This document shows, piece after piece, positions 25,842 to 35,687 of a stretch of DNA of 43,315 nt. This DNA comes from Candidatus Desantisbacteria bacterium CG1_02_49_89 (GTDB taxonomy: Bacteria > Desantisbacteria > UBA1551). The position numbers were made by a program, and so were the translations under genes. A model generated the notes under the pieces. It was not told the origin of the DNA. It did not search any database and saw only the letters and a list, made by a program, of their open reading frames with translations. The stretch covers positions 1 to 43,315 of the forward strand of contig MNUP01000128.1 of assembly GCA_001871075.1 (NCBI GenBank). Direction: 5' to 3'. Position 1 is the first letter of the stretch. The number at the start of each line of letters is the position of its first letter.

Positions 25842-28013
25842 CTATGGACCGTGGACTGTGGACTTCAGTTTATTAAAGTAGGCGCGCTGAAGCAGATTCG
25901 CAACTGTCCGCTCGCCTTCGGACGGGAAATAGAATGTCTTTTCGTTCAGCAATTCTATGGCTTTATCCGGGTCTTTCTTCAGATACCACCTGGCAAGCCG
26001 TTTTCTTATGAATTCGTTGTTCTTCAGGGCGATGGGCACGCTGTTCAGGATCTTCAGAGCAACCTTTCGATCCTTTGTCGTCCTGCAAAGGTCGTCAAAC
26101 TCATCGAACGTCTGAAGCCCCGTTCCGCCGCCGAGGGAAAGAGCCCTGCGATAATATCTTTTGGCTTCGCTCTTGTTCCCCTTCCATCTCCACAGCGCGT
26201 AACCGATGTTGCGTAAAAGCACGGGATCATTGTTTCCCAGTTTCTCCGATGTCTTCCATTCTTTTAGTGCTTCTTCAGGCCTGCCCTTAGAATAAAGAAG
26301 GCTGCCCAGATAATAACGCGCCATGCGGCATTTCGGGCCTGCGGTTTTGCAGGCTTTCCTGAGGATCTCTATCTCTTCTGTCCTGTGCGGGAATACGAAA
26401 TCAGATTTCATTTTCTCAGCCAGTTCATAATAAACAAGAGCGGCGTCTTTGTTGTCGGTTATAGATCCGAGGTAATAATACGCCATCGGGTTAACGCCTA
26501 TTTTTGTCCCGCATTTCATCACATATTCAAGCAGGAGATACCGCGCCATGCTGTATTCTTTCGCGTTCAGGCGCCTTGAAGCGAGCTCAAGATAGAGCTC
26601 GGCAGAGGGATCGATGCCCGGAGCACAGAGATCTTTCGGGTCGTTCCAAAGAAAACGACCTTTAGAGACTTTTTTGACACTGATCTGACACAGATAATGC
26701 TTTGCCTCTTTATTACTTCTATCTTTCTGAAGACAAGCTTTAAACATATTTTTGGCTTTTTTAAACAGCCCCTGCTTAAGATATATAATACCAAGCCACA
26801 GCAGGAGCTGCGCCGGATTCTTGGGGTCCTTCCTCAACGCTTTCCTGAATTTCGCCTCGGCATCCCCGTCACAACCAAGCCTGTAATCCTTCACGCCTTC
26901 CTCAAACAGGTCTATTTTCTTCCGGGCAGGAGGCTTCGGCGCAGGCATTTTCTTCTTTTTCCTGGCGCGCTTCATTGCTTTAATATAATAATTCTGCATT
27001 TCCCTTACAATGGGTTTTGGAGCGCCCCAGAACGGGTACCACTTTTCCTTCCAGGAGATCGTCTGCCCGGGCCGGATAAGCCCGGTTTCGTGCTGGGTCT
27101 CAAACATGCCGCTCTGCATCTCGATGTAAAGGGTGTGGTCTTCGCTGAGCCGGTCCTTCCAGGTGTTATTGTCATCCGACCTGCCCCAGGTGAAGATCTT
27201 CCTGCCCCTGCATTTCCTGCGGTCAGCGACGTTCACGACCCCGGCTTCGCGCTGGTGGTCGTAAACCGCGAACCAGTCCTTCTCTATGCCCAGGGCGTAG
27301 GTATCAGACGGGTGGATGTAGTTCCGTATCCAGCTCATGTCAATGCCGTGGTTAAAGGGAAAATCTATTTTGCCTGCCCAGCCTATACGTATTTTTTTCG
27401 CGGGATAAAAGATCTGGACGTAATCGTTGCACGGAAGAGCGGTGTTGGTCCAGAAATAGCTTGGCGCGGGAAAAGGGGTGGGATTGTTTATCTTTATCTC
27501 TGTTTCAAAGAACGGCTTATTGGGACGCAGGGTTATTTTCGCCTGCCATTCTGTGCGGAAGTTGCGCTCTATGTCGCCAACCGTAACGCTGGCGCCGGCC
27601 GCGGACTTTTCAACGCGCAGGCAGTTAAGAGGGGACATAGTTGTGACCGAATGGCCGATGATCGCGGAGTTGAACTCCACTCCCCCGCATATCCAGGCGC
27701 CGCGTATGGCGATAAGGGCGGGCTTTATGGCGCCTGGGTTGTAGAACATCTCCTCGTTCTTCTTTTTGTCGAAAACCGAGTAGATCCTACCCCCAAGCTG
27801 CGGCAGCATGGTTATTTTCAAATATTTGTTTTCAATAATTAATGCCCTGAATGTTTTTGTTGCTTTTATTCTTGTAAGGTTTCCCTGGTAGGTATAGGGA
27901 TATACACTGCGGTTGTTCAGTCCGTGGCCGCAAAAGGCGGGTTCTTTATAATCCTCCCGCATCTTGTATGCGGGCAAGGTAAGATTTGTCTCGTATAACT
28001 TAACGCTTTCCAT
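25842..28013 (-). CDS. DUF5107 domain + TPR protein
   Basis: VYPY..ENKYLKITMLPQLGGRIYS..IKPALIAIRGAWICGGVEFN; YIEMQSG; C-terminal TPRs. Confidence 0.85.
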   Translation of the reverse strand: MESVKLYETNLTLPAYKMREDYKEPAFCGHGLNNRSVYPYTYQGNLTRIKATKTFRALIIENKYLKITMLPQLGGRIYSVFDKKKNEEMFYNPGAIKPALIAIRGAWICGGVEFNSAIIGHSVTTMSPLNCLRVEKSAAGASVTVGDIERNFRTEWQAKITLRPNKPFFETEIKINNPTPFPAPSYFWTNTALPCNDYVQIFYPAKKIRIGWAGKIDFPFNHGIDMSWIRNYIHPSDTYALGIEKDWFAVYDHQREAGVVNVADRRKCRGRKIFTWGRSDDNNTWKDRLSEDHTLYIEMQSGMFETQHETGLIRPGQTISWKEKWYPFWGAPKPIVREMQNYYIKAMKRARKKKKMPAPKPPARKKIDLFEEGVKDYRLGCDGDAEAKFRKALRKDPKNPAQLLLWLGIIYLKQGLFKKAKNMFKACLQKDRSNKEAKHYLCQISVKKVSKGRFLWNDPKDLCAPGIDPSAELYLELASRRLNAKEYSMARYLLLEYVMKCGTKIGVNPMAYYYLGSITDNKDAALVYYELAEKMKSDFVFPHRTEEIEILRKACKTAGPKCRMARYYLGSLLYSKGRPEEALKEWKTSEKLGNNDPVLLRNIGYALWRWKGNKSEAKRYYRRALSLGGGTGLQTFDEFDDLCRTTKDRKVALKILNSVPIALKNNEFIRKRLARWYLKKDPDKAIELLNEKTFYFPSEGERTVANLLQRAYFNKLKSTVHGP

Positions 28014-28252
28014 GGTTTATTCATCGGCCATTGGCCATTGGTCATTTGTAATTTGTTAAAAACTACTACTCATAAAACAACGGGGCTAAAGCCCCTACTC
28101 CGAAAATCAAAATACGCAAACCTAAAGGTTTGCCCTACGAAATATCAGGGCTGAAGCCCTGAGTTACGATAAAAATCCTTGCTGTTGCGTTGACACTTTA
28201 ATACGCTTTTAAACAAATGACTAATGACAAATGACTAATGACTGCATTTAAA

Positions 28253-29731
28253 TTAATGGGAAAGGGCAAAAACCACGGTGTTGATGCCGAGCCTGAGGCT
28301 GTCTTCGGGCATGACCGCGAGGCTGTAAGGCCGGACCTGCTCGTCCCACACAAGGCCGTAAGGGCTGTAAACAACCGCCGTGCCGCCCTCTATGTCTATG
28401 CCTTCCAGATACGGGGACGAAAAACCGGGACTGGCAAGCTCGACTTTCTGGGTGTAGGCGACCTTTTGTATCGTGTAGAATGAATCGAATATCGAATGGG
28501 ACGTTCCAAGGGCTTTCATTTCAAAGCCGGGAAGCACCCTTTTCATCTCCCGCTTGAAAGCGATGTCAAAATCCGCGCTGCCGCAGCAGGCATTGGCGAA
28601 CAGGAAACCGCCTTTTTTCAGGTAACTGGCAAGGTTGGAGATCTCCTGGGAGGTGAACTTGAAATCGTAATGGCCGGTCATGTAAAGGAACGGGTACGAG
28701 AAAAGGTCCGCGCTGGCAAGGTCAACCTTCACGCGGCGCAGTTTCGCGTCGCTTGAAGTACTTTCCTTCATTTTCTGGATGAACCTGGAAACGGCCCCGG
28801 CGTGGGGGTCCCAGTCACCGCCGTGCATTACCTGCGCGAAAATGAACTCGCCGCCCTTTTCCCTTTCAACGTCCTCGTAAACAGGGGTTTTGGTATACTG
28901 CTGGGCTGCCTGGTGGAACGCGAGGCAGTACGCCATAAGGTTTGTTCCGAGTTTCAGCGCGTCATCCGGCTCGATAAGGAACTCGGCAGTGGGGACTATA
29001 AGCTCGTCCCACCCGGCCGAAATATCCGCTTTGCTCAGGATGACCGCGGTGCGGCAACCCACGTTTATGCCTTCAAAATTGGGAGCTGCCTGGATAGCCG
29101 GAGCATCCGCTGCAGACTGGCCGGGTTCCGGCTTGCGGTAATTCACTTTCTCGATGGTGTAATAGGAGGCGTAGATCGGATGGTCAGGAGGCAGGACCAC
29201 CATAGGCCTGTCAGGAAGTATCTTCTGCATCTCGTCCTTGAAGGACGCGGAGAAAATAACGTTGCCGCAGCAGGCGTTGCCGATTATAGTGCCGCCGTTC
29301 GCGAGGTACTGGCGCATTTTCTCTATCTCGTCCGAGCTGAAACGGAAGCGCTGGTGGCCGGTGAAATACATCACGGGAAGGACTTTGGGATCGAACGAGA
29401 ATTCCTTCAAAGACATTTCGTTGGTCGTGTAGGAAATGTTCAGCCTGGGCGAAGCGTACGCGAGAAGCTGTTTGAGATCGGCTATGGTGCCGCGCCACTG
29501 CTCGCCTGTGCCGTATTTTACCTTGGTCGCCAGTGCCAGGGGCTGGGGCGGGCGTTTCTGCTCTGAGCGCCTCATAGGGACAACGGGAAGAGGCAGAGGG
29601 GGAAATCCCTCAGCCGCGCTGACCCTCTGGGGCTTTGCCGGGGGCGGAAGGCCGTGCACGGTGGGGTTTGCGGCGTACGCCGCAGAAACCACTGAACCGA
29701 ACAGCAAAAAACAAATCACAAAATGCTTCAT
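28253..29731 (-). CDS. Exported protein with two DUF4159-like domains
   Basis: Signal peptide; duplicated P..Y.TGH..F....E...L..YL..GG....NACCG and final ..LG.N motifs; GAGG RBS before ATG 29731. Confidence 0.85.
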   Translation of the reverse strand: MKHFVICFLLFGSVVSAAYAANPTVHGLPPPAKPQRVSAAEGFPPLPLPVVPMRRSEQKRPPQPLALATKVKYGTGEQWRGTIADLKQLLAYASPRLNISYTTNEMSLKEFSFDPKVLPVMYFTGHQRFRFSSDEIEKMRQYLANGGTIIGNACCGNVIFSASFKDEMQKILPDRPMVVLPPDHPIYASYYTIEKVNYRKPEPGQSAADAPAIQAAPNFEGINVGCRTAVILSKADISAGWDELIVPTAEFLIEPDDALKLGTNLMAYCLAFHQAAQQYTKTPVYEDVEREKGGEFIFAQVMHGGDWDPHAGAVSRFIQKMKESTSSDAKLRRVKVDLASADLFSYPFLYMTGHYDFKFTSQEISNLASYLKKGGFLFANACCGSADFDIAFKREMKRVLPGFEMKALGTSHSIFDSFYTIQKVAYTQKVELASPGFSSPYLEGIDIEGGTAVVYSPYGLVWDEQVRPYSLAVMPEDSLRLGINTVVFALSH

Positions 29732-29804
29732 ACTCACCTCTCTTAAACTATGAATTTAAAAATACCGTAACAACAGAGAACACAGAGTTTTAACCACGAA
29801 CTAG

Positions 29805-29873
29805 CCCCTGCGGGTTTCTGCGAAACCATAACGCTGGGGCCTACGAACCAGAACTGGGTCGATGGCTCTCCGG
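29805..29873 (+). repeat. Two-hairpin mini-element family 1, copy F
   Basis: CCCCTGCG-GGTTTC..GAAACC-ATAAC-GCTGGGGC-CTAC-GAACCA-12nt-TGGCTC-TCCGG; deleting it restores a 10-mer array. Confidence 0.72.
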
Positions 29874-29976
29874 CACGGATTAACACGGATTTAAAATGGA
29901 GCTGCCTTAACCTCGCAAACCTAAAGGTTTGCCCTACTAAACCTACCCTCTGTAAACTATGTAAACTTTGTAAACT

Positions 29977-31245
29977 TTAAAGTATGGATTTCGGGTTTTC
30001 AAGAGTTTCCTTTATCTTTTTCAGGAACTGGGCGCCAAGGGCGCCGTCCACTATCCTGTGGTCGCAGGACAAATTAAGCTTTACTATCTGGCGCACTACA
30101 ACCGCGTCGTTGACAACCGCCGGCCTTTTCTTTATCTCGCCGAACGCCAGTATCGTTGCCTGGGGCGGGTTGATTATCGCGTTGAAAACGTCCACTCCCA
30201 TGGTGCCGAGGTTCGAAAGCGTTATAGTGCCCCCTGAAAGCTCAGCGAGGCTGAGCTTGTTGTCGCGCGCCTTCTGGATAAGCTCCTTTGACTCCGGAGC
30301 AATCTGCAGGACGGTTTTCTTGTCGGCGTCCTTCAGCACAGGGACCACGAGCTCGAAAAGCTCTGTCTCAGCCCCGGACGAATCCTTGTACTTCCCGGTC
30401 CTTGAAACCGCGATACCGATATTAACTGCGGGATTAATAAGTATCCTGTCGCCAATGAACGAGCCGTTGACAACCGGCATCGCGCGCAGAGCGTTCGCCG
30501 CGGCCTTGATTATCAGGTCGTTATGCGAAAAAAACTGCTTTTCCTTTTTCATCTGCTCCCTTATCTCGCTGGCAACGGTCATATCCACCTCAACGGTCAG
30601 GTAGAAATGCGGGACCGTGAGCTTGGACTGCAGCATCCTCTCAGCGATTATCTTGCGTATGCCTGTGGCAGGTATCGTGACAGCGCCTTCGGGACCAGAA
30701 ACTTCCTCTTTGATCTTGTCCCGATGTAACATCGGGGCCGCTACAGGGCCTGCGCCCGCGGCACCTGCGACACCTGCGGCAAGCACGTCTTCCTTTTCTA
30801 TCCTTCCGCCCGGACCTGTGCCTTTTATATTCAATAGATTTATGCCTTTTTCCTCAGCAAGCCGCCTGGCAAGAGGTGATGCCTTGATCCTGTCACCTGC
30901 CGAAGGCGGAGCCGAAGGTGTCGAAGGCGTAGCCGCCGAAGGTACCGGGGCAGGAGCGGCCGGAATGGGTGCATCAGGAACTGATGCATCCGGAATAGAT
31001 TCATCCATCGAGGAGGCGATGTAACCTATGGTCTTCGTCACCTGCACCACATCCTCCTCCTTGACAAGCAGTTTCCTTATTATGCCGCTTTCAGGCGCTT
31101 CGACCTCGAAGTTCGCCTTGTCTGTCATGACCTCAAAAAGTATCTCCCCTTTCTCGACCTTCTCGCCTTCTTTCTTACGCCATTTGGAGATCGTTCCCTC
31201 TTCCATTGTTTCGCCCAGCTTGGGCAGCTTTATTTCGGTAACCAT
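29977..31245 (-). CDS. 2-oxoacid dehydrogenase E2, dihydrolipoamide acyltransferase
   Basis: Lipoyl motif EVMTDKA, E3-binding ASPLARRLA..GTGPGGRI, catalytic DHRIVDG; GGAGG RBS before ATG 31245. Confidence 0.93.
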   Translation of the reverse strand: MVTEIKLPKLGETMEEGTISKWRKKEGEKVEKGEILFEVMTDKANFEVEAPESGIIRKLLVKEEDVVQVTKTIGYIASSMDESIPDASVPDAPIPAAPAPVPSAATPSTPSAPPSAGDRIKASPLARRLAEEKGINLLNIKGTGPGGRIEKEDVLAAGVAGAAGAGPVAAPMLHRDKIKEEVSGPEGAVTIPATGIRKIIAERMLQSKLTVPHFYLTVEVDMTVASEIREQMKKEKQFFSHNDLIIKAAANALRAMPVVNGSFIGDRILINPAVNIGIAVSRTGKYKDSSGAETELFELVVPVLKDADKKTVLQIAPESKELIQKARDNKLSLAELSGGTITLSNLGTMGVDVFNAIINPPQATILAFGEIKKRPAVVNDAVVVRQIVKLNLSCDHRIVDGALGAQFLKKIKETLENPKSIL

Positions 31246-31363
31246 GTTTCCCTCCAAAAATTAGGTCAAAACTCAAAGGTCAAATCGCAAATCGCAAATC
31301 TATGGAATTTCAGCTTTGACCTTTGACCTTTGCGCTTTGAGTTTTGAGATATATTTATATTTT

Positions 31364-32338
31364 TTATGCCAGCGCTTCTTTCACTGCCTTGATAATGCTG
31401 TCTTTCGTGGGTATAACGTACTGCTCGAGCACCGGGCTTTTCGGTATGGGAACGTCGATCGCTGCCACCCTTTTAACCGGGCCGTCAAGGTAATCGAACG
31501 CGTTCTCGATTATCTGCATCCCTATCTCGCCGCCGAACCCGCCTGTCTTGCACGCCTCGTGGGCGACGACCGCGCGGTTTGTTTTTTTCACGGAATCCAC
31601 GATAGTCTTTATGTCAAGCGGGGCAAGGGTCCTGACGTCGATGACCTCAACGTCTATCCCCTCAGCTTCAAGGATTTTCGCGGCTTCAAGCGCGACAAGC
31701 ACCGTCCGGGAATACGAAACAACGGTAACGTCCTTCCCCTGCCTTTTCACGTCCGCGACTCCCAGCGGCACAACATGGTCCCCGTCAGGGACAGGGCCTT
31801 TCTCCTTGTAAAGCATCTTGTGCTCTATGAACACGACGGGGTTATCGTCCCGGATGCTCGCCTTGAGCAGGCCTTTCGCGTCCGCGGGCGTAGAAGGCAT
31901 GACCACTTTCAGGCCCGGGATGCCTGTGAACCAGTGCTCCAGGCTCTGCGAATGGTGGGCGCCAAGCGTCCTGCCTGCACCGCCTTCGGTGCGCATTACC
32001 ATCGGAGCCTTGAATTTCCCGCCGAACATGTACCTTATCTTCGCGGCCTGGTTGCACAGCTGGTCCATTGCCTGGCCCATGAAATCAACGTACATTATTT
32101 CCGCGACAGGCCGTTTTCCCATCATCGCGGCGCCGATCGCGGCGCCCGTGATAGCGGATTCCGAGATCGCGGTGTCCATGACCCTTTCAGGCCCGTATTT
32201 TTCAAGCAGGCCCCTTGTGACGCCGTACGCGCCTCCGTACACTCCTATGTCCTCCCCGAGCAGGAACACGTTCGGGTCCCTCTCCATTTCCTCCTGCAAC
32301 GCCTCGTTCAACGCCTGCCAGTAAGCTATCTCGCGCAT
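31364..32338 (-). CDS. 2-oxoacid/acetoin dehydrogenase E1 beta subunit
   Basis: GEDIGVYGG, DTAISE, AEIMYVDF, HHSQSLE, EVIDVRTL.PLD. Confidence 0.93.
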   Translation of the reverse strand: MREIAYWQALNEALQEEMERDPNVFLLGEDIGVYGGAYGVTRGLLEKYGPERVMDTAISESAITGAAIGAAMMGKRPVAEIMYVDFMGQAMDQLCNQAAKIRYMFGGKFKAPMVMRTEGGAGRTLGAHHSQSLEHWFTGIPGLKVVMPSTPADAKGLLKASIRDDNPVVFIEHKMLYKEKGPVPDGDHVVPLGVADVKRQGKDVTVVSYSRTVLVALEAAKILEAEGIDVEVIDVRTLAPLDIKTIVDSVKKTNRAVVAHEACKTGGFGGEIGMQIIENAFDYLDGPVKRVAAIDVPIPKSPVLEQYVIPTKDSIIKAVKEALA

Positions 32339-32389
32339 TTAGCCTCCAATACTTCTACCACGAAGACACGAAAAACTTTTACCCCTTGA

Positions 32390-32494
32390 TTTTAACCACG
32401 AATTCTCACGAATTATCACTAATTACAATATAATGTTTGTGTAAAAAACGATCAGGTTCTATTCGTGGAAATTAGTGTTAATTCGTGGTTAAAA
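32390..32494. mobile_element. 105-bp MITE-like element with TTTTAACCACGAATT TIRs
   Basis: Perfect 15-bp TIR; near-identical copy at 34799-34904. Confidence 0.68.
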
Positions 32495-32541
32495 GACCTC
32501 AGTGGCTGAATCCTGTTTTCGTATTTCGTGGAAATTTTATT

Positions 32542-33510
32542 TTAAGCAAACAGATCTTCGGTGACTTCCTCGGGCTTGGGCCAGGGCGAGTTCATCGCGA
32601 ACCTTACCGCGTCCTCTATCTCCTGTTTCACCTCAGCCCGTATATCATCGCACACGGCTTCGGAAATTATTCCGGCAAGAATTACTTTACTTCTGAATTT
32701 CAGTATAGGGTCTTTAGCCTGCCATTCCTTTTCCTCGTCCTTGGTCCTGTAAGCCCTGGGATCCGAGCGCGAATGGCCGTAATAGCGGTACGTTTTGCAC
32801 TCTATAAGAGAAGGACCTTCTCCCTTGCGCGCCTTTTCGGCGTATTTCATCACTATCTCTTTCACGGCGAGCACGTCCATCCCGTCAACCGCTTCCCCGG
32901 GAACCCCGTAGGCGCTGCTCCTCGTGTAAAGATCGTTGGTCGTGGTGACCCTGTTTACGGCGCCGGACATCCCGTAAAGGTTGTTCTCGCATATAAATAA
33001 GACCGGTAGCTTCCACACCGCCGCCATGTTCATTGACTCGTGGAACACGCCCTGGTTTATCGCGCCGTCCCCGAAATAACAGAGCACAACGTTCTCGCTC
33101 TTGTCTTTCTTGAGCGCGAGCGCCGCTCCTACCGCCACTGGTATGTTAGCCCCGACTATCCCGGTCGCCCCGAGGTTGCGCGTGGCCGGGTCGCATAGGT
33201 GCAGGGAACCGCCCTTACCCTTGCAGCAGCCTGTGACCTTACCGAAGATCTCGGCCATGAGCTCTGATATCACGCCGCCCTTCGCTATGGCGTGGCCGTG
33301 GCCCCTATGGGTGCTGGCTATCCAGTCATCCGGCCGTATCCCCGCGCAGGAACCTACGGCAACAGCCTCCTCGCCCGCGTACAGGTGGGAGCCGCCGTCT
33401 ATCACATTCTGCCCCAGCAGCTCCATTATCTTGTCCTCGAAGAACCTTATCTGGTACATCTGCCTCAGAAGCTTCGCAGCCTCTTCCTTCTTCACGTTCA
33501 CTTCTTCCAT
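32542..33510 (-). CDS. TPP-dependent dehydrogenase E1 alpha subunit (pyruvate/acetoin DH family)
   Basis: HLYAGEEA, STHRGHGH, GKGGS.H, TPP motif GDGA..ENN, TYRYYGHS.SDP. Confidence 0.93.
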   Translation of the reverse strand: MEEVNVKKEEAAKLLRQMYQIRFFEDKIMELLGQNVIDGGSHLYAGEEAVAVGSCAGIRPDDWIASTHRGHGHAIAKGGVISELMAEIFGKVTGCCKGKGGSLHLCDPATRNLGATGIVGANIPVAVGAALALKKDKSENVVLCYFGDGAINQGVFHESMNMAAVWKLPVLFICENNLYGMSGAVNRVTTTNDLYTRSSAYGVPGEAVDGMDVLAVKEIVMKYAEKARKGEGPSLIECKTYRYYGHSRSDPRAYRTKDEEKEWQAKDPILKFRSKVILAGIISEAVCDDIRAEVKQEIEDAVRFAMNSPWPKPEEVTEDLFA

Positions 33511-33724
33511 GCGTTTCTCCTTTCTCCTTAAAATATGATTTCAGCGATAAACTGCCCGATTACAGCGATAATAAATTTACCTCCTGCTCCCAAAACACGC
33601 AAACCTTCCTCCATCAAGATTGGCGGATCTACGAAAAGGTTTGCCCTACACAATAAAAAAACCTTGCTGCTGCGTTGACACGCTTTTAAACAAATGACTA
33701 ATGACAAATGACTAATGACTGTAT

Positions 33725-34765
33725 TTAAGGTTTAATGATCGTTTTGAACCCCTGGGCTTTTTCGACGGTCATTATGCCTTCCAGGATCTTGTCCAGCGGA
33801 AGGATCTTGGTGATGTATTTCTTCGCCTTTATCTTTCCCTCGCTTATAAGGCTGAGCGCTGTCTGGTTGTGCCTGGGCGCGGAGCCGTGCGTGCCGACTA
33901 CGGAAAATTCTTTGTAATGTATCTGGTTTGAGTCAAAATTGATGAACGGCTTGTCCTTCGGCAGACCTCCGAAGAAATTGATCCTGCCGCGTTTCGCCAC
34001 GAGCTGCAGGCTCTGTTCCTGGGCTTTACCCACAGAACAGGCAACAATGACCACATCAGCTCCCCTGCCGCTGCTTTCGTCCATAACGCGCTTTACAAGG
34101 TCCTCGGAAGCGGGATTCACGTAGATGTCAGCCGTGCCAAGCACTTTCGCCGCGTCCAGCCGTTCCTGCGCTGCCTCGGAAAGAATTGTCTTGCTCGCCC
34201 CTTTTGACCTTGCGAGCTCAAGGTGGAAACTTCCTATGGGACCCGAGCCGATGACAACAACTATGTCGCCCAGCTTCACGGGCGAGAGCTCCTGGCCGTT
34301 GATAACGCAGGCAAGCGGCTCCGCGATCGCGGCTTCCTCATAGGAAAGGTTGTCCGGCAGAACGTTAACGCACCCGTTCCTGACCGCGCGCTCAGGCACG
34401 CGCATATACTGCGCGAAACCGCCGTCATAATGGTAGCCTATTGCCGTAAGGTCATCGCACATTCCCTGAAAACCTCTGCGGCAGTAATAGCACTCCCCGC
34501 ACGGGACAGCCGGGGCGATCGCTACCCTCTGGCCTTTCCTGAACGCGGACACGTTCTTCCCAACCTCAATTATTTCGCCTGAAAGCTCATGACCCGTAAC
34601 CCTGGGGAAAACTATGTGCTTGTGCCCGGAATGAAAGACCTTTATGTCGGTCCCGCACACAGCGCACGCCCCTATCTTTATGACCAGCTCCTCCGGGCCC
34701 GGCCTGGGGTCCGGCACATCCTTGATCTGAAAATCCTCGATCTTTTCCAGCACAGCGGCTCTCAT
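33725..34765 (-). CDS. Zinc-dependent (polyol/L-iditol-type) alcohol dehydrogenase
   Basis: CGTD, GHE, CGECYYC..C, G.GPIG; GGAGG RBS before ATG 34765. Confidence 0.9.
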   Translation of the reverse strand: MRAAVLEKIEDFQIKDVPDPRPGPEELVIKIGACAVCGTDIKVFHSGHKHIVFPRVTGHELSGEIIEVGKNVSAFRKGQRVAIAPAVPCGECYYCRRGFQGMCDDLTAIGYHYDGGFAQYMRVPERAVRNGCVNVLPDNLSYEEAAIAEPLACVINGQELSPVKLGDIVVVIGSGPIGSFHLELARSKGASKTILSEAAQERLDAAKVLGTADIYVNPASEDLVKRVMDESSGRGADVVIVACSVGKAQEQSLQLVAKRGRINFFGGLPKDKPFINFDSNQIHYKEFSVVGTHGSAPRHNQTALSLISEGKIKAKKYITKILPLDKILEGIMTVEKAQGFKTIIKP

Positions 34766-34798
34766 ACACCCTCCAATGATTTCCACTTTACCACCTAA

Positions 34799-34904
34799 TT
34801 TTAACCACGAATTTTCACGAATTATCACTAATTACAATATAGTGTTTGTGTAATAAAATTATCAGGTTTAATTCGTGGAAATTAGTGTTAATTCGTGGTT
34901 AAAA
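34799..34904. mobile_element. 106-bp MITE-like element (copy of 32390-32494)
   Basis: Same TIRs and same core CAATAT..TGTTTGTGTAA..ATCAGGTT. Confidence 0.68.
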
Positions 34905-34922
34905 AACTTCAGTGGAAAGTAT

Positions 34923-35567
34923 TTATTTCGGGACTTTTTCCCAGTCCTCAAGGAATTTTTTCACGCCCGCGTCCGTAAGCGGGTGCTTGAACAGGCCCTG
35001 TACCACGCTGAACGGGATCGTTATGACGTGCGCGCCGGCAAGCGCGGCTTCCAGCACGTGCACGGGATTGCGGACGCTTGCGACTATTATCTCGGTTTTG
35101 TACCCGTAGTTCCTGTAGATCGTTACTATCTGCCTGACCAGGTCCATGCCTACGTGGCTTATGTCATCAAGCCTGCCGATGAACGGGCTGACGTAACTGG
35201 CGCCGACCTTGGCCGCGATGAGTGCCTGGTTGGGGCTGAAAACAAGCGTGACGTTGGTCTTTATGCCTTCCTTGCTGAGAACCTTGACCGCCTTCATTCC
35301 CTCGGGGATGAAAGGGACCTTCACGACTATGTTCCTGTGGATCTTTACAAGCTCCCTTGCCTCGGCGATGATCTCGTCCTTCTTTAAACTGACCGCTTCA
35401 GCGCTTATGGGGCCGTCCACTATCGTGGTGATCTCCTTTATCACGTCCAGGAACTTCTTCCCTGTCTTTGAAATGAGCGAGGGGTTCGTTGTGACACCGT
35501 CTATCACGCCCAGCTCAGCCGCTTCCCTGATCTCGTTCACGTCCGCCGTGTCGATGAAGAACTTCAT
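34923..35567 (-). CDS. tal: Transaldolase / fructose-6-phosphate aldolase (TalC/FSA type)
   Basis: [38 protein letters not shown]. Confidence 0.93.
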   Translation of the reverse strand: MKFFIDTADVNEIREAAELGVIDGVTTNPSLISKTGKKFLDVIKEITTIVDGPISAEAVSLKKDEIIAEARELVKIHRNIVVKVPFIPEGMKAVKVLSKEGIKTNVTLVFSPNQALIAAKVGASYVSPFIGRLDDISHVGMDLVRQIVTIYRNYGYKTEIIVASVRNPVHVLEAALAGAHVITIPFSVVQGLFKHPLTDAGVKKFLEDWEKVPK

Positions 35568-35687
35568 TTAAGCCTCCCGAGTAAGTGTTAATGACAATTA
35601 TGAGTTATGAATTATGAATGAAGGAATTATTTTAATTAAAAAATGCAGGTGGAATTTTAAATAAACTCCATGCAGTTGACTCATAAC

